Assembly: GCA_963744995.1 (NCBI GenBank)
Contig: CAVUWA010000005.1
Span: forward strand, 320,001-384,000
Length of the DNA: 64,000 nucleotides
Reading direction: 5' to 3'
Source of the DNA: Candidatus Eiseniibacteriota bacterium
GTDB lineage: Bacteria; Eisenbacteria; RBG-16-71-46
The notes under the pieces: model-generated
What the model was told of the DNA's origin: nothing
Database searches by the model: none
What the model saw: only the letters and a program-made list of their open reading frames with translations
Shown: in pieces, positions 22,210-32,182 of the stretch
Numbering within the stretch: position 1 is the stretch's first letter
Layout: the number at the start of each line of letters is the position of its first letter
Translations under genes and position numbers: made by a program

Positions 22210-23337
22210 ATGTCACGACGTTTCGTTCGTGGTCTGCTCGGCCGCGCCGTGCCTGCCGTGCTCGCGTGCGCCGCCGCCGCGCTCGCGGCCTTGCCGGCAC
22301 CCGTGCGGGCCCAGACGCAGTCGATCTACTCGAACCTCGCGAATCCCTCCATCGGGATGAACGCGCTGTTTTCGGGATCGGCCGCCCACAATCTCGATCA
22401 GCCGTATGGCCTCCAGTTCGACGAGGCGGAGATCAGCCTGATCTCGGTGGTCGATCCGTACTGGACGCTGGAGAGCAACATCGTCTTCACCGCCGACGAA
22501 GTGGACCCCGAGGAGGTCTGGGCACGCAGCACCAGCATTCCATCCATCCAGCTCAAGGTCGGCAAGCTGCGGGGCACGTTCGGCAAGCAGGGCCTGCTCC
22601 ACAGTCATGCGTTTCCGTTCATCCAGGCGCCGATCATCATGGCCAACTCGATCGGCGAGGAGGGGTTCAAGGACGCGGGGCTCGAGGCCGCATGGCTGAC
22701 GCCTCTGCCGTGGTACGCGGAGCTGACCGGAGGCCTGTACCAGGCGATCGAAGCCGACGAGGAGCATCCTCTCGACTTCGGGTCGTCCCGTCACGACAAC
22801 GTGCCGTTCCTCGGCCACTTCAAGAACCTCATCGACCTCGACGACGCGACCACTCTGGAAGTCGGGCAGTCCTATCTGCAGGGCCGTGGGTCCGATGGCG
22901 CCATCCATTCGGCGTTCGGCGCCGATCTGACGGTCCGCAACGTGCCGGCGCGGAACTCGAACCGCCGCGGCTGGATCCTACAGAGCGAGTACATCCAGAA
23001 GGGCTCGAGAACCGGCGGCGACTACGCTCGCGAGCAGGACGGCTGGTACGCCCTGGTCCGCTACCGGCTGTCGCAGCTCTGGTGGCTCGGGGTCCGCGGC
23101 GAGCAGGCCCGTGACAGCGACACGGACTTCCTGGTGGACGGTGCGGGCGACCCGCTGCACAGCCGCGTGAATCGCGCCTCGATCAACGTCGCATGGGCGC
23201 CCTCCGAGTTCTCCTTCGCGCGCCTGGAGTACAGCCATTCGCGGGCGGACGCAGGAATGGGGCGCGTGCTCGATGACGACCGGATCATGGTCCAGCTGAG
23301 CTACACGATCGGTTTCCACCCCGCCCATGCCTATTGA
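22210..23337 (+). CDS. Outer-membrane beta-barrel protein of a metal-uptake operon
   Basis: Signal peptide, NPSIGMN, EAEISLISVVDPY, amphipathic beta strands, WAPSEFS, C-terminal IGFHPAHAY; GAGGAGG RBS. Confidence 0.7.
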   Translation: MSRRFVRGLLGRAVPAVLACAAAALAALPAPVRAQTQSIYSNLANPSIGMNALFSGSAAHNLDQPYGLQFDEAEISLISVVDPYWTLESNIVFTADEVDPEEVWARSTSIPSIQLKVGKLRGTFGKQGLLHSHAFPFIQAPIIMANSIGEEGFKDAGLEAAWLTPLPWYAELTGGLYQAIEADEEHPLDFGSSRHDNVPFLGHFKNLIDLDDATTLEVGQSYLQGRGSDGAIHSAFGADLTVRNVPARNSNRRGWILQSEYIQKGSRTGGDYAREQDGWYALVRYRLSQLWWLGVRGEQARDSDTDFLVDGAGDPLHSRVNRASINVAWAPSEFSFARLEYSHSRADAGMGRVLDDDRIMVQLSYTIGFHPAHAY

Positions 23338-23398
23338 ACCCGCGGCGACCCGGTTGCCCCGGGCCCGAACCGTGGACCATGCCCTTGCGGAGGATTTC

Positions 23399-24330
23399 AT
23401 GAAGCGAACGATGCAAATCCTGATGATCCTGATCTGCGCCGCGTGGACGGCCGTTCCTGCGCTGGCCGATCTGAAGGTTGCGACGTCCATCACCGATCTG
23501 GCGTCCGTCGCCAATGACGTGGGCGGCGGCCACGTGAAGGCGGAGAGCCTGTGCCCCGGCTACTCGGATCCGCACTTCGTGCCGGCCAAGCCCAGCCTGA
23601 TGAAATCCATCCAGCACGCCGATGCGTTCGTCTCGGTGGGGCTCGAGCTCGACATCGGCTGGCTGCCGCTGGTCCTGCCGGGAAGCCGCAATCCGAAGAT
23701 CCAGCCCGGCGCGCCCGGTTTCGTGGACGCGTCGGAAGGGGTTCGCGTGCTCGAAAAGCCCAGCGGGACGGTGAGCCGTGCCGAGGGCGACATCCACCCG
23801 CTCGGCAATCCGCACTACTACTGTGATCCGAAGAATCTCGAGGTCGTGGCGGATCACCTGGCGCGGGTGTTCTCGCAACTCGACCCCGCGAACGCAGCGG
23901 ACTACGCGGCGAACGCGAAGGCGTTCGACGCGAAGATGGAAGTGGCGCTCGCGAAGTGGGAGCAGCAGATGGCGCCTTACAAGGGCGCGTCGATCGTCAC
24001 CTACCACAAGAACTTCGTGTACTTCGCCGACCGTTTCGGCCTCGGATCTTCGGCCATGTCGAGCCGAAGCCGGGCATCCCCCCGAGTCCGCGCCACATCG
24101 CCGAGCTCGCCGAATCGATGAAGCAGGCGGGCGTGAAGGTGATCGTCTACCAGCCGTACTACAAGGCCGACGCCTGTCGTGAGCTGGCGGCGAAGGCCGG
24201 CGGAACCGCCGTGGAGGTCGCCACGGAGGCCGGAGGCGTGGCGGGAACCGACGACGTTTTCGCGAAGTTCGACACCATGGTCACGTCGCTGGCGGATGCG
24301 CTCGCCGGCAAGTCGGGAGGATCGCGATGA
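23399..24330 (+). CDS. Zn/Mn ABC transporter substrate-binding protein (ZnuA/TroA-like); one frameshift near 24043
   Basis: DPHF, GDIHPLGNPHYY, TYHKNFVYF, then EPKPGIPPSPRHI in the shifted frame. Confidence 0.85.
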
Positions 24331-25195
24331 ACTTCTTCACCGTGATGGCGCTGCCGCTGATCGCCTGCCTGCTGCTCGTGCTGATCACGCCGGCCCTCGG
24401 CCAGCACGTGCTCGCCCGCGGGGTGATCTTCGTGGACCTCGCGCTCGCGCAGATCGCCGCGCTCGGCGCGAGCGTCGCGTTCCTGCTCGGCGCGGATCCG
24501 CACGACCCGAGCACCTACCTGTGGTCCTTCGGCTTCACCCTGCTCGGCGCCGCGCTGTTCAGCTTCTTCTGGGACCGCCAGTCACTCGGTGCTGCAGGAG
24601 GCGTTCATCGGCATCTCGTTCGCACTCGCGACCGCGGCGACGCTGCTGATGCTGTCGAACGCGCCGCACGGGGCGGAGCACGTGAGCGGCGTCCTGAGCG
24701 GCGAGGCGCTCGGCTGGGTCACGTGGCAGTGACATCACGATCATGGCGACGCTCTACGCGATCGTCGGCGCGTTCCTCTACATGAACCGCGCGAAGCTCC
24801 TGCTGTGCTCCGAGGACCACGAGAAGGCGAAAGCGATCGGGGCTCTCGGTCCAGCAAGTGGGACTTCCTGTTCTACACGGCGTTCGGGCTGGTGGTGACG
24901 ACCGCGTCCGGGTCGCCGGCGTCCTCGCCGTGTTCTCGTTCCTGATCGTGCCGATCGTGTGCGCGACGCTGCTCGGCCGTCGGGGCCCGCGCGCCTCTAC
25001 TGGGCCTGGGCCATCGCCACGGCGGTCTCGATCCTGGGCGCGACGTTCTCCTACCTGCGGGACTGGCCGATGGGCGCCACCATCGTCTGCCTGTTCGGCG
25101 TGACGGTCGGCCTGATCTCGCTCTCAGTGCGAATGAAGTACGTGGACGAGAAGGCGGACCGGCTGGAGGGCAAGGAGTTCCAGGTCGCAGACTGA
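24327..25195 (+). pseudogene. Zn/Mn ABC transporter permease (ZnuB/MntB-like), several frameshifts
   Basis: GQHVLARGVIFVDLALAQIAALG, QEAFIG, WDFLFY, AGVLAVFSFLIVP, DWPMGATIVC spread over different frames. Confidence 0.75.
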
Positions 25196-25282
25196 GCACG
25201 CGTGGGGTGCGGCGCCCGGCGCTGCCGGCGGCGCCGCACCCCGTGACGTGTGCTTCCACCTCGTCCGTGGCATGCTGCCCGC

Positions 25283-25585
25283 ATGCGCAAGGATCTCAGC
25301 CCCCGCCGCATCCTGGTCGCCCGGGTGATCGCGGTGGTGGCCGATGCCGTGCAGATCGGCCTCATGCCGCTGTTCGCCTCGGGGGCGGTCTCGCCATTCA
25401 ACGACGTGCTCGATGTAGCGGTCGCCGTGGTGATGATCCGGTTGCTCGGCTGGCATCCGGCGTTTCTTCCCACGCTGATCGCCGAACTCATCCCGCTCGT
25501 CGACGTCTTTCCCTCCTGGACCATCGCCGTCCTGTTCGCGACGCGTAAGCGGGTCGGCTCGAGCGCCGAGGTCATCGAGGACTGA
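25283..25585 (+). CDS. Hypothetical small membrane protein
   Basis: 100 aa, hydrophobic, typical codon usage; LPTLIAELIPLVDVFPSWT. Confidence 0.65.
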   Translation: MRKDLSPRRILVARVIAVVADAVQIGLMPLFASGAVSPFNDVLDVAVAVVMIRLLGWHPAFLPTLIAELIPLVDVFPSWTIAVLFATRKRVGSSAEVIED

Positions 25586-25617
25586 GGCGCGCACGGGGCC
25601 ACCCCCGCCCGCGCACG

Positions 25618-25649
25618 AAAAAGGGCGCACGGCCTGCGCCGCGCGCCCT
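25618..25649 (-). terminator. Intrinsic terminator of the POT transporter gene
   Basis: Minus-strand GGGCGCGCGGC/GCCGTGCGCCC stem followed by TTTTT. Confidence 0.65.
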
Positions 25650-25670
25650 CGAACCGTCAACCCGCGCGAC

Positions 25671-27095
25671 TCAGTGGGCCCCGCCCTCCAGCTTGTCGTG
25701 CTTTGCGACGATCTTCTCGAGCGGCCGCCCGATCACGAACATCAGCGCACCGGCGCCGACCCCGAGCAGCGTGAGCACGAAGAAGAACTGCTCACGCGGC
25801 CACACGGTCCAGAACGTGCCGAGATAGCCCGACAGGTAGTTGCCGAAGAAGCTCGCCAGGAACCACACGCCCATCATCATGGACACCATGCGCGCCGGCG
25901 CCACCTTGCTGATGAACGACAGCCCGATCGGAGACAGATAGAGCTCGCCGATCGTGAGCACCCCGGTGGTGCTGACGAGCCACATCACGTTGCGGCGCAT
26001 GTCGGGCGTGAGCCCCTGCGACGCCACGATCATGATGATGTACGACAACCCGAGCAGCCCGCAGCCCATGGCCATCTTGAGCAGGCTCGACGGCTCCTTG
26101 CCGCGTTTCGCCTGCCAGCTCCAGAACATGCTGAGCAGCGGCGCGAAGATGAAGATCATCAACGGATTGAACGCCTGGAACCACGTGGAGGGCAGCGTGA
26201 CCCCGAATACGTTCCAGTTGGTGTTCTGATCCGCCCAGAGCTGCATCGTATTCCCCTGCTGCTCGTACACGGCCCAGAACACGACGCTCAGCGCGACGAC
26301 CGCGATGATCGCCATGATCCGCAGCCACTCCTCGCGGGTGAGCGGCTCCTTGATCTTCTCCTTCGCGGCCGCCTGGGCGGCGCGGCGCTGGGTCAGCACG
26401 TCGGGCGCCAGGTGCTTCTGTCCCCACAGATAGAGCGTGAGGCCGAGCAGCATGCCGACGCCGGCGGCGCCGAAGCCCCAGTGCCAGCCGACCGTCTGAC
26501 CGAGCGTGCCGCACACCAGCGGCGAGAGGAACGCGCCGAGGTTGATGCCCATGTAGAAGATGGTGAAGGCGCTGTCGCGGCGCGGATCGCCTTCGGGATA
26601 GAGCAGCCCGACCTGGGTCGAGATGTTCGGCTTGAACGCGCCGTTGCCGAGGATCAGGAACATCAGCGCGACGAAGAACATGCCCTCGACGGCCATCAGG
26701 AAATGGCCGATCGCCATCAGGATGCCGCCGATGACCACGGTCTTGCGCTGGCCCAGCACGCGGTCGGCGAGCATGCCGCCGAAGAAGGGCGTGAAGTACA
26801 CGAACCCGGTGTAGAGCCCGTAGATCTGCGACGACAGCGGCTGGATCGCCAGCGGCCCGAACACCGACTCGAGCGCGCCCTTGATGGCCACGAATCCGAG
26901 GACCTTCTGGCCGACATCCGGCTGGATGAACAGGTAGTTCACCATGTACAGGACGAGCAGCGAACGCATCCCGTAGTAGGAGAACCGCTCCCACATCTCG
27001 GTGAAGAACAGGATGTACAGGCCCTTGGGGTGGCCGAACAGACCGCCCTTGACGGGCTGCGTGGCCGTGCCGGCGGCGGCGGTCGCCATGCGCAT
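25671..27095 (-). CDS. POT/PTR family proton-dependent oligopeptide transporter
   Basis: EMWERFSYYGMR signature, FKPNIS, FYMGINLG, GELYLSPIGLS. Confidence 0.93.
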   Translation of the reverse strand: MRMATAAAGTATQPVKGGLFGHPKGLYILFFTEMWERFSYYGMRSLLVLYMVNYLFIQPDVGQKVLGFVAIKGALESVFGPLAIQPLSSQIYGLYTGFVYFTPFFGGMLADRVLGQRKTVVIGGILMAIGHFLMAVEGMFFVALMFLILGNGAFKPNISTQVGLLYPEGDPRRDSAFTIFYMGINLGAFLSPLVCGTLGQTVGWHWGFGAAGVGMLLGLTLYLWGQKHLAPDVLTQRRAAQAAAKEKIKEPLTREEWLRIMAIIAVVALSVVFWAVYEQQGNTMQLWADQNTNWNVFGVTLPSTWFQAFNPLMIFIFAPLLSMFWSWQAKRGKEPSSLLKMAMGCGLLGLSYIIMIVASQGLTPDMRRNVMWLVSTTGVLTIGELYLSPIGLSFISKVAPARMVSMMMGVWFLASFFGNYLSGYLGTFWTVWPREQFFFVLTLLGVGAGALMFVIGRPLEKIVAKHDKLEGGAH

Positions 27096-27333
27096 CTCCT
27101 CCTCGGGTAAGCAGGTGGGCGGATCGAATCAGCGCAGGCTACGGGAATATGCGGGCGCCGCCAAGAGCGAAACGCAGTGCACGGGCCGCGCGCGACGCAA
27201 CTGCCGCACCGGTCGCCGTGAATCCTGCGGCCGTCACGGGGAGGGCCGGTTGAGCAAGTCGTCGTGACGTGTACTATGGGGACGAGACGCCGGCCGCGCC
27301 CGCGGCCCCCAGGGACCCGCTTCCGGAGACCGC

Positions 27334-28221
27334 ATGGATCGCATTCGCGTCGCTTCGCTCCAGTACTTCGTCCGCCCGGTCCGGGCCTTCGAACAGTTCG
27401 CCGACCAGGTCACCGCGCTCGTCGAGACCGCGCGCGACTACAAGTGCGCGCTGGTCGTGTTCCCCGAGTACTTCACGGTGCAGCTGCTGACGCTCGGCAA
27501 CGTGAAACGGCCGATCACCGAGCAGATCCACGACCTGGCGGGCCAGGTGCCGCGCTACGTCGAGCTGATGTCGAAGCTCGCGAAGCAGCACGGCATGTAC
27601 ATCGTCGGCGGCACGATCCCGGTGATCGACGCCGGTGCGAACAACGTCTACAACGACAGTTACCTGTTCGCGCCCTCCGGCGCGCACGGGGTCCAGGGCA
27701 AGCTGCACATGACCCGCTTCGAGAACGAGGAGTGGTTCGTGTCCCCGCGCAGCGGGCTCAAGATCTTCGAGACCTCGTTCGGACGGATGTCGATCCAGAT
27801 CTGCTACGACGTCGAGTTTCCGGAGCTCGCGCGGGTCGCCGCACGCGAGGGTGCGTACATCCTGATCGTGCCCGCCTGCACCGACGACCGGCAGGGTTTC
27901 CTGCGCGTGCGCTACTGCGCCCATGCCCGCACCATCGAGAACCAGATGTACTGCATCCACTCGCCGATGGTCGGTTCGCTGCCCATGGTGCCGGCGGTAT
28001 CGCTGAACTACGGGCAGGCATCGATCCTCACGCCGAGCGACTTCCCGTTCTCGCGGGACGGCATCCTCGCCGAGGGTGTCGCCAATCAGGAGATGATGGT
28101 GGTCGGCGAGCTGAACCTGCAGACCATCGTCGAGACGCGCCGGAACGGAACCGTGTTGCCGCTGCGCGACAGCCAGCGCACGGTGGAGGTGACGTCGATG
28201 GTCGAAGTGGAGACCCTGTGA
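27334..28221 (+). CDS. Carbon-nitrogen hydrolase (nitrilase superfamily)
   Basis: E-K-C triad in FPEY, GKLH and ICYDVEFPE; ARTIENQ. Confidence 0.9.
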   Translation: MDRIRVASLQYFVRPVRAFEQFADQVTALVETARDYKCALVVFPEYFTVQLLTLGNVKRPITEQIHDLAGQVPRYVELMSKLAKQHGMYIVGGTIPVIDAGANNVYNDSYLFAPSGAHGVQGKLHMTRFENEEWFVSPRSGLKIFETSFGRMSIQICYDVEFPELARVAAREGAYILIVPACTDDRQGFLRVRYCAHARTIENQMYCIHSPMVGSLPMVPAVSLNYGQASILTPSDFPFSRDGILAEGVANQEMMVVGELNLQTIVETRRNGTVLPLRDSQRTVEVTSMVEVETL

Positions 28222-28910
28222 GCCGGCGCCCGCCCGCGATCGGCGTACGCAACACGCGGCCCGAGGACTTCGCCGCGATCATCGAGTTGTGCCGGCACGT
28301 CTATCCGCACAGCGCGCCGTGGCGCGTGGAGCAGCTGCAGTCGCACCTCGACGTATTTCCCGAGGGTCAGTTCGTCGCCGTGGATCGCGACACGCACGCG
28401 GTGCTCGGGATGGCCGCGAGCCTGATCGTCACCTGGTCCGACTACGAGCTCCGAGGCGACTGGCGCACGTTCACCGATCACGGCATGTTCACGAACCACG
28501 ATTCCTCGGGCCGCACGCTGTACGGTGCCGAAGTGCTCGTGGACCCGGCGGTCCAGCGACGCGGCGTGGGCTCCAAGCTCTACATGGCGCGCTTCGAGCT
28601 CACGCGCCGGCTCGGCCTGCTGCGTATCCGCGCCGCGGCGCGGCTGCGTGGCTACGGCCGCCACGCCCACCGGATGAGCGCCGTGGACTATGTCATCAAG
28701 GTGGTGCGCGGCGAGCTCAAGGACCCGACGCTGTCCTTCCAGCTGCGCCACGGCTTCGAGGTGCTGGCGGTGGTCGCCGACTACCTCATGCACGACGAGG
28801 AGAGCCGCAATTACGCCGCGGTGATCGAGTGGGTGAACCCCGAACTCGCGAAGCCCGAGGACGTGCGCGGCCGCGACCCGCGTTTCGCGCGACCGGCGCC
28901 GCCCGCGTAA
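28218..28910 (+). CDS. GNAT family N-acetyltransferase
   Basis: FPEGQ, LYGAEVLVDPAVQRRGVG acetyl-CoA motif, DPTLSFQL; GTGA overlap with the hydrolase stop. Confidence 0.88.
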   Translation: MSRRPPAIGVRNTRPEDFAAIIELCRHVYPHSAPWRVEQLQSHLDVFPEGQFVAVDRDTHAVLGMAASLIVTWSDYELRGDWRTFTDHGMFTNHDSSGRTLYGAEVLVDPAVQRRGVGSKLYMARFELTRRLGLLRIRAAARLRGYGRHAHRMSAVDYVIKVVRGELKDPTLSFQLRHGFEVLAVVADYLMHDEESRNYAAVIEWVNPELAKPEDVRGRDPRFARPAPPA

Positions 28911-28940
28911 CCGCACCCCGGCGCCACGCGGAGCCGGGGC

Positions 28941-30153
28941 TCACTCCGGCCGCGGCCGCCTGAGGCGTGCGAGCAGCGGCAGCCCGAGGAGCGAGGCGCC
29001 GGCCATGGCGATGAAGGCGGGCGGATAACCGAACGCGGCGATCAGCCGCCCGACGGCGAACCCGGCCCACGACTCGCAGGCGTTGGTCGCCGCCATGTAG
29101 GTGGTGAACTGCGTCGCGCCGAGCTCGCGGCGGGTGTGGTCCATGAACAGGGCGTACGAACCCGCGGTGAACAGACCGATCAGCAGGTAGAGCACGGCGA
29201 GCGTCGCCATGCCGACGCCGCGCGGCAAACCATGGCCCGCGGCCAGCAGGACGGTCACTACGGCCATCGCGACCAGCACCGAGCCCACGACCCGTGCGCG
29301 GCCGTGGCGGTCGGACAGCCGGCCGCCGTAGAGCGCGCCGGCCACCATCGCTGCCACCACCGGCAGCGCGAGGAAGGTACCGACCTGACTCTGGCTGAAT
29401 CCGCGGTCGATAAGGTACGGCCCGGCGACCGCGCCCACGGCCTCGAACGCGGCGCCCGATACCAGCGCGAAGGCGAGCGCCGCCCAGGTGGTCGAGTCAC
29501 GCAACGCCGCCCACCAGCGTGCGGGCGAACCCCGCCGACTCGCGTTCGATCATGGCGGGCGTTTCGCGTGCGAAGCTCACCACCCCGAGCGAGGCCCAGA
29601 TCGTGCCGATCAGCGCCGCGATCACCACGCCGGAGCCGACCCACTGATCGACCACCAGCGCCACGCCGCCGAACAGCGAGCGGCCGAGCAGCATTCCGGC
29701 CTGCATCCAGCCGTTGATGCCGCCACGCTCACCGGGACGGGTGGTGGCGATCGCCAGGGCGTCGATCGCGACGTCCTGGGTCGAGGCGGCGAACGCGTGC
29801 ACGAGCAGCAGCGCCGAGAACAGCGGGAAGTCGGCTTGGAGGTCGAGCCAGAACAGCGGCACCAGCGCGAGCCCCATCACCACCTGCGCCGCGATGATCC
29901 AGTGACGGAACGTCCAGCGCGCGCCGCGCACCGTGTCGATCAGCGGCGCCCACAGGAATTTGAACGTCCACGGCAGCACCAGCATGGCGGTGAGCGCCGT
30001 GATCCGCTCGATGGGCACGTCGGCGGCACGCAGCCGGGTCGGCAGATGCCACCAGATGTACCCGATGGGCGCGCCCTCGCTCAGGTACAGCAGCGCGAAC
30101 AGGAGGCGTCTGCCCCTCTGCGTTTCGAGCGGATTCCAGCGGCCGGCCGGCAT
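28941..30153 (-). CDS. AmpG-like MFS transporter; one frameshift near 29505
   Basis: LYLSEGAP, LPWTFKFLWAPLID, ASTQDVAIDA, ATQFTTYMA in two consecutive frames. Confidence 0.8.
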
Positions 30154-30261
30154 CCGGCGAGGCTACCCCATTGCGTCGTCCGCCGCGGGAGCGGCGACGC
30201 AACCCCGGAACTCGATCCTCCGTAGGGTCAGAGTACCCGTCCCCCGAAGGGAGGTTCACGC

Positions 30262-31992
30262 ATGCCCGTTCGTCGTCTCCTGCCGGTGCTGGCCGCCGCG
30301 CTTCTCACCCTCTCCGTCCCGGCGCACGCGCAGAATCCGGCCCTGGACGCCCCCGCCAGATCGCTCGACGCCGGCCAGTGGCGCACCGACCTCGACAGCC
30401 TGATGAGCGACCTCGCGCGGGTCCACCCGGATCCGTTCCTGCGCTCGGGCAAGGCGCCGTTCGACTCCGCCGTCGCCGCGCTCGATGCGCGGATCCCGAA
30501 GATGAGCGAGCGTGAGGTCGCGACCGCCTTCATGCAGGTCACCGCCCTCGTCCAGGACGGCCACACCGGTGCCATCGCGATGCTGCCGCAGTTCGGCTTC
30601 CGCACGTTCTTTCCCGTTCGCCTGACGGTCGAGGACGGCGCACTCTACGTCGTCTCGGCGGCCTCGAAGTACCGCGCGGTGGTGGGCGGCCGGGTCACGG
30701 CGCTCGGGCGGCTGCCGGCGCAGGCCGCGCTCGCGCGGGTGCTCACGGTGTGCAGCGGCGACAACTACTTCTCGCGCATCGACCGCGCGCCGATCTTCAT
30801 GATGTCACCCGGCGTGATGGCGGCGCTCGGCGTCACCCCGACCGGAGGGCCGCTGCACCTGGAAGTCGAAACGCCGGCCGCGGGCCGTGCGAAGCCCGGG
30901 CATGCCGGCGCCGACGTCGTGGCCGTCGAGCCCGCGGCAGGCCGCTATCCGGCCTTCTTCCAGGATCCGGAAGGGTTGCCGGTGGCGGACGGCGTGGCGT
31001 TCCGCGACGGCGCACCGGGCGAGACCCCGCTCCACCTGAGGGATCCGGAGCGTGCCTGGTGGTTCGTCCCGGTGCCCGACCTGGACCTGGTCTACTTCCA
31101 GTTCCGTCGGGTGGACCGCGAGGACCGGGGCCGCACCTTCGCGAGTTTCGTGGACAGCCTGTTCCAGTGGGTCGACTCGAGCGGCGTTCGGAACATGGTG
31201 ATCGACCTCCGCCACAACGGCGGCGGCGACAACTCGATCCTGCAGCCGCTGATCCACGGTCTCATCAAGCGCGACGACGGCGTCAACCGCGAGGGCCATC
31301 TCTACACGATCATCGGGCGCGAAACGTTCTCGGCGGCGATGAACTGCGCCAACTGGCTGGAGGAGCATACCCACACGCGCTTCGTCGGCGAGCCCACCGG
31401 CGCGCGCCCGAACAGCTTCGGCGACGCCACGACCGTGCGGCTGCCGAACAGCGGCATGCCGGTGCGGATCTCGCGTTACCGCTGGGCGGCGCGCTGGCCG
31501 TGGGACGACCGCCTGTGGATCGCGCCCGACCTGCCGGCGCCGCCGTCGATCGCGCTGGCGCGGCAGAACCGCGACCCGGCCATGGAGGCGATCGCCGAAG
31601 AGATCGCCGAAAAGCCGATGCTCGTTCGCCTGAGAGCCGCGCTGGAAGCGGACCGGGTGGACGAGGCGCGGAAGATCTACTTCGACGACAAACGACGCCA
31701 CCCCGACCGCTGGGGTCATACTTCGATCGACGAGACCACCGCCCTGGCGCGTGCGCTGTTCGCGGCCGGACATCCCGCCTCTGCTTTCGCGCTGGCGACC
31801 TTCAATACCGAGATCTATCCCGACTCCGCCGAGGTCTGGACCACCCTCGGCGCCGGCTACGTGATGGCCGGGAAGAAGGAAGCGGCCATCGCACCGCTCC
31901 AGAAGGCGCTGCAGCTCGACCCGGGCAACGAAGCGGCGCGGCGCTGGCTCGAACGCGCGGGGGGCCCGGCCGCGAAGACGGCCGGGCACTGA
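30262..31992 (+). CDS. S41-like tail-specific peptidase with C-terminal TPR, exported
   Basis: Signal peptide, DGHT, IDLRHNGGG, TFSAA, VGEPTG, TPR (ALQLDPGN). Confidence 0.78.
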   Translation: MPVRRLLPVLAAALLTLSVPAHAQNPALDAPARSLDAGQWRTDLDSLMSDLARVHPDPFLRSGKAPFDSAVAALDARIPKMSEREVATAFMQVTALVQDGHTGAIAMLPQFGFRTFFPVRLTVEDGALYVVSAASKYRAVVGGRVTALGRLPAQAALARVLTVCSGDNYFSRIDRAPIFMMSPGVMAALGVTPTGGPLHLEVETPAAGRAKPGHAGADVVAVEPAAGRYPAFFQDPEGLPVADGVAFRDGAPGETPLHLRDPERAWWFVPVPDLDLVYFQFRRVDREDRGRTFASFVDSLFQWVDSSGVRNMVIDLRHNGGGDNSILQPLIHGLIKRDDGVNREGHLYTIIGRETFSAAMNCANWLEEHTHTRFVGEPTGARPNSFGDATTVRLPNSGMPVRISRYRWAARWPWDDRLWIAPDLPAPPSIALARQNRDPAMEAIAEEIAEKPMLVRLRAALEADRVDEARKIYFDDKRRHPDRWGHTSIDETTALARALFAAGHPASAFALATFNTEIYPDSAEVWTTLGAGYVMAGKKEAAIAPLQKALQLDPGNEAARRWLERAGGPAAKTAGH

Positions 31993-31998
31993 CCGCAG

Positions 31999-32033
31999 AC
32001 CGGGACGGAAGGCGCTACCCCTTCCGTCCCGGT
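31999..32033. terminator. Stem-loop after the S41/TPR gene
   Basis: 14-bp inverted repeat ACCGGGACGGAAGG / CCTTCCGTCCCGGT; no U-tract. Confidence 0.45.
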
Positions 32034-32182
32034 ACGATCGGGTTGCAACCATTCCGGATCCGGTGCAGTCTCCCTTTGCTCGTCAGTCCCGTACGGAGCC
32101 GGCCCTCCACCTCGCTCGACCTCCTCGCCGTGCTCGGGCTTCCGTGCCGCACCACGTTCGGCCTCACCGAGGGAGGTTGCCC

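Noticed and set aside
23399..25195. Programmed frameshifting in the metal ABC genes
   Set aside because: No slippery heptamers at the shift sites, and the indels are numerous and shared with unrelated neighbouring genes, which favours sequencing error
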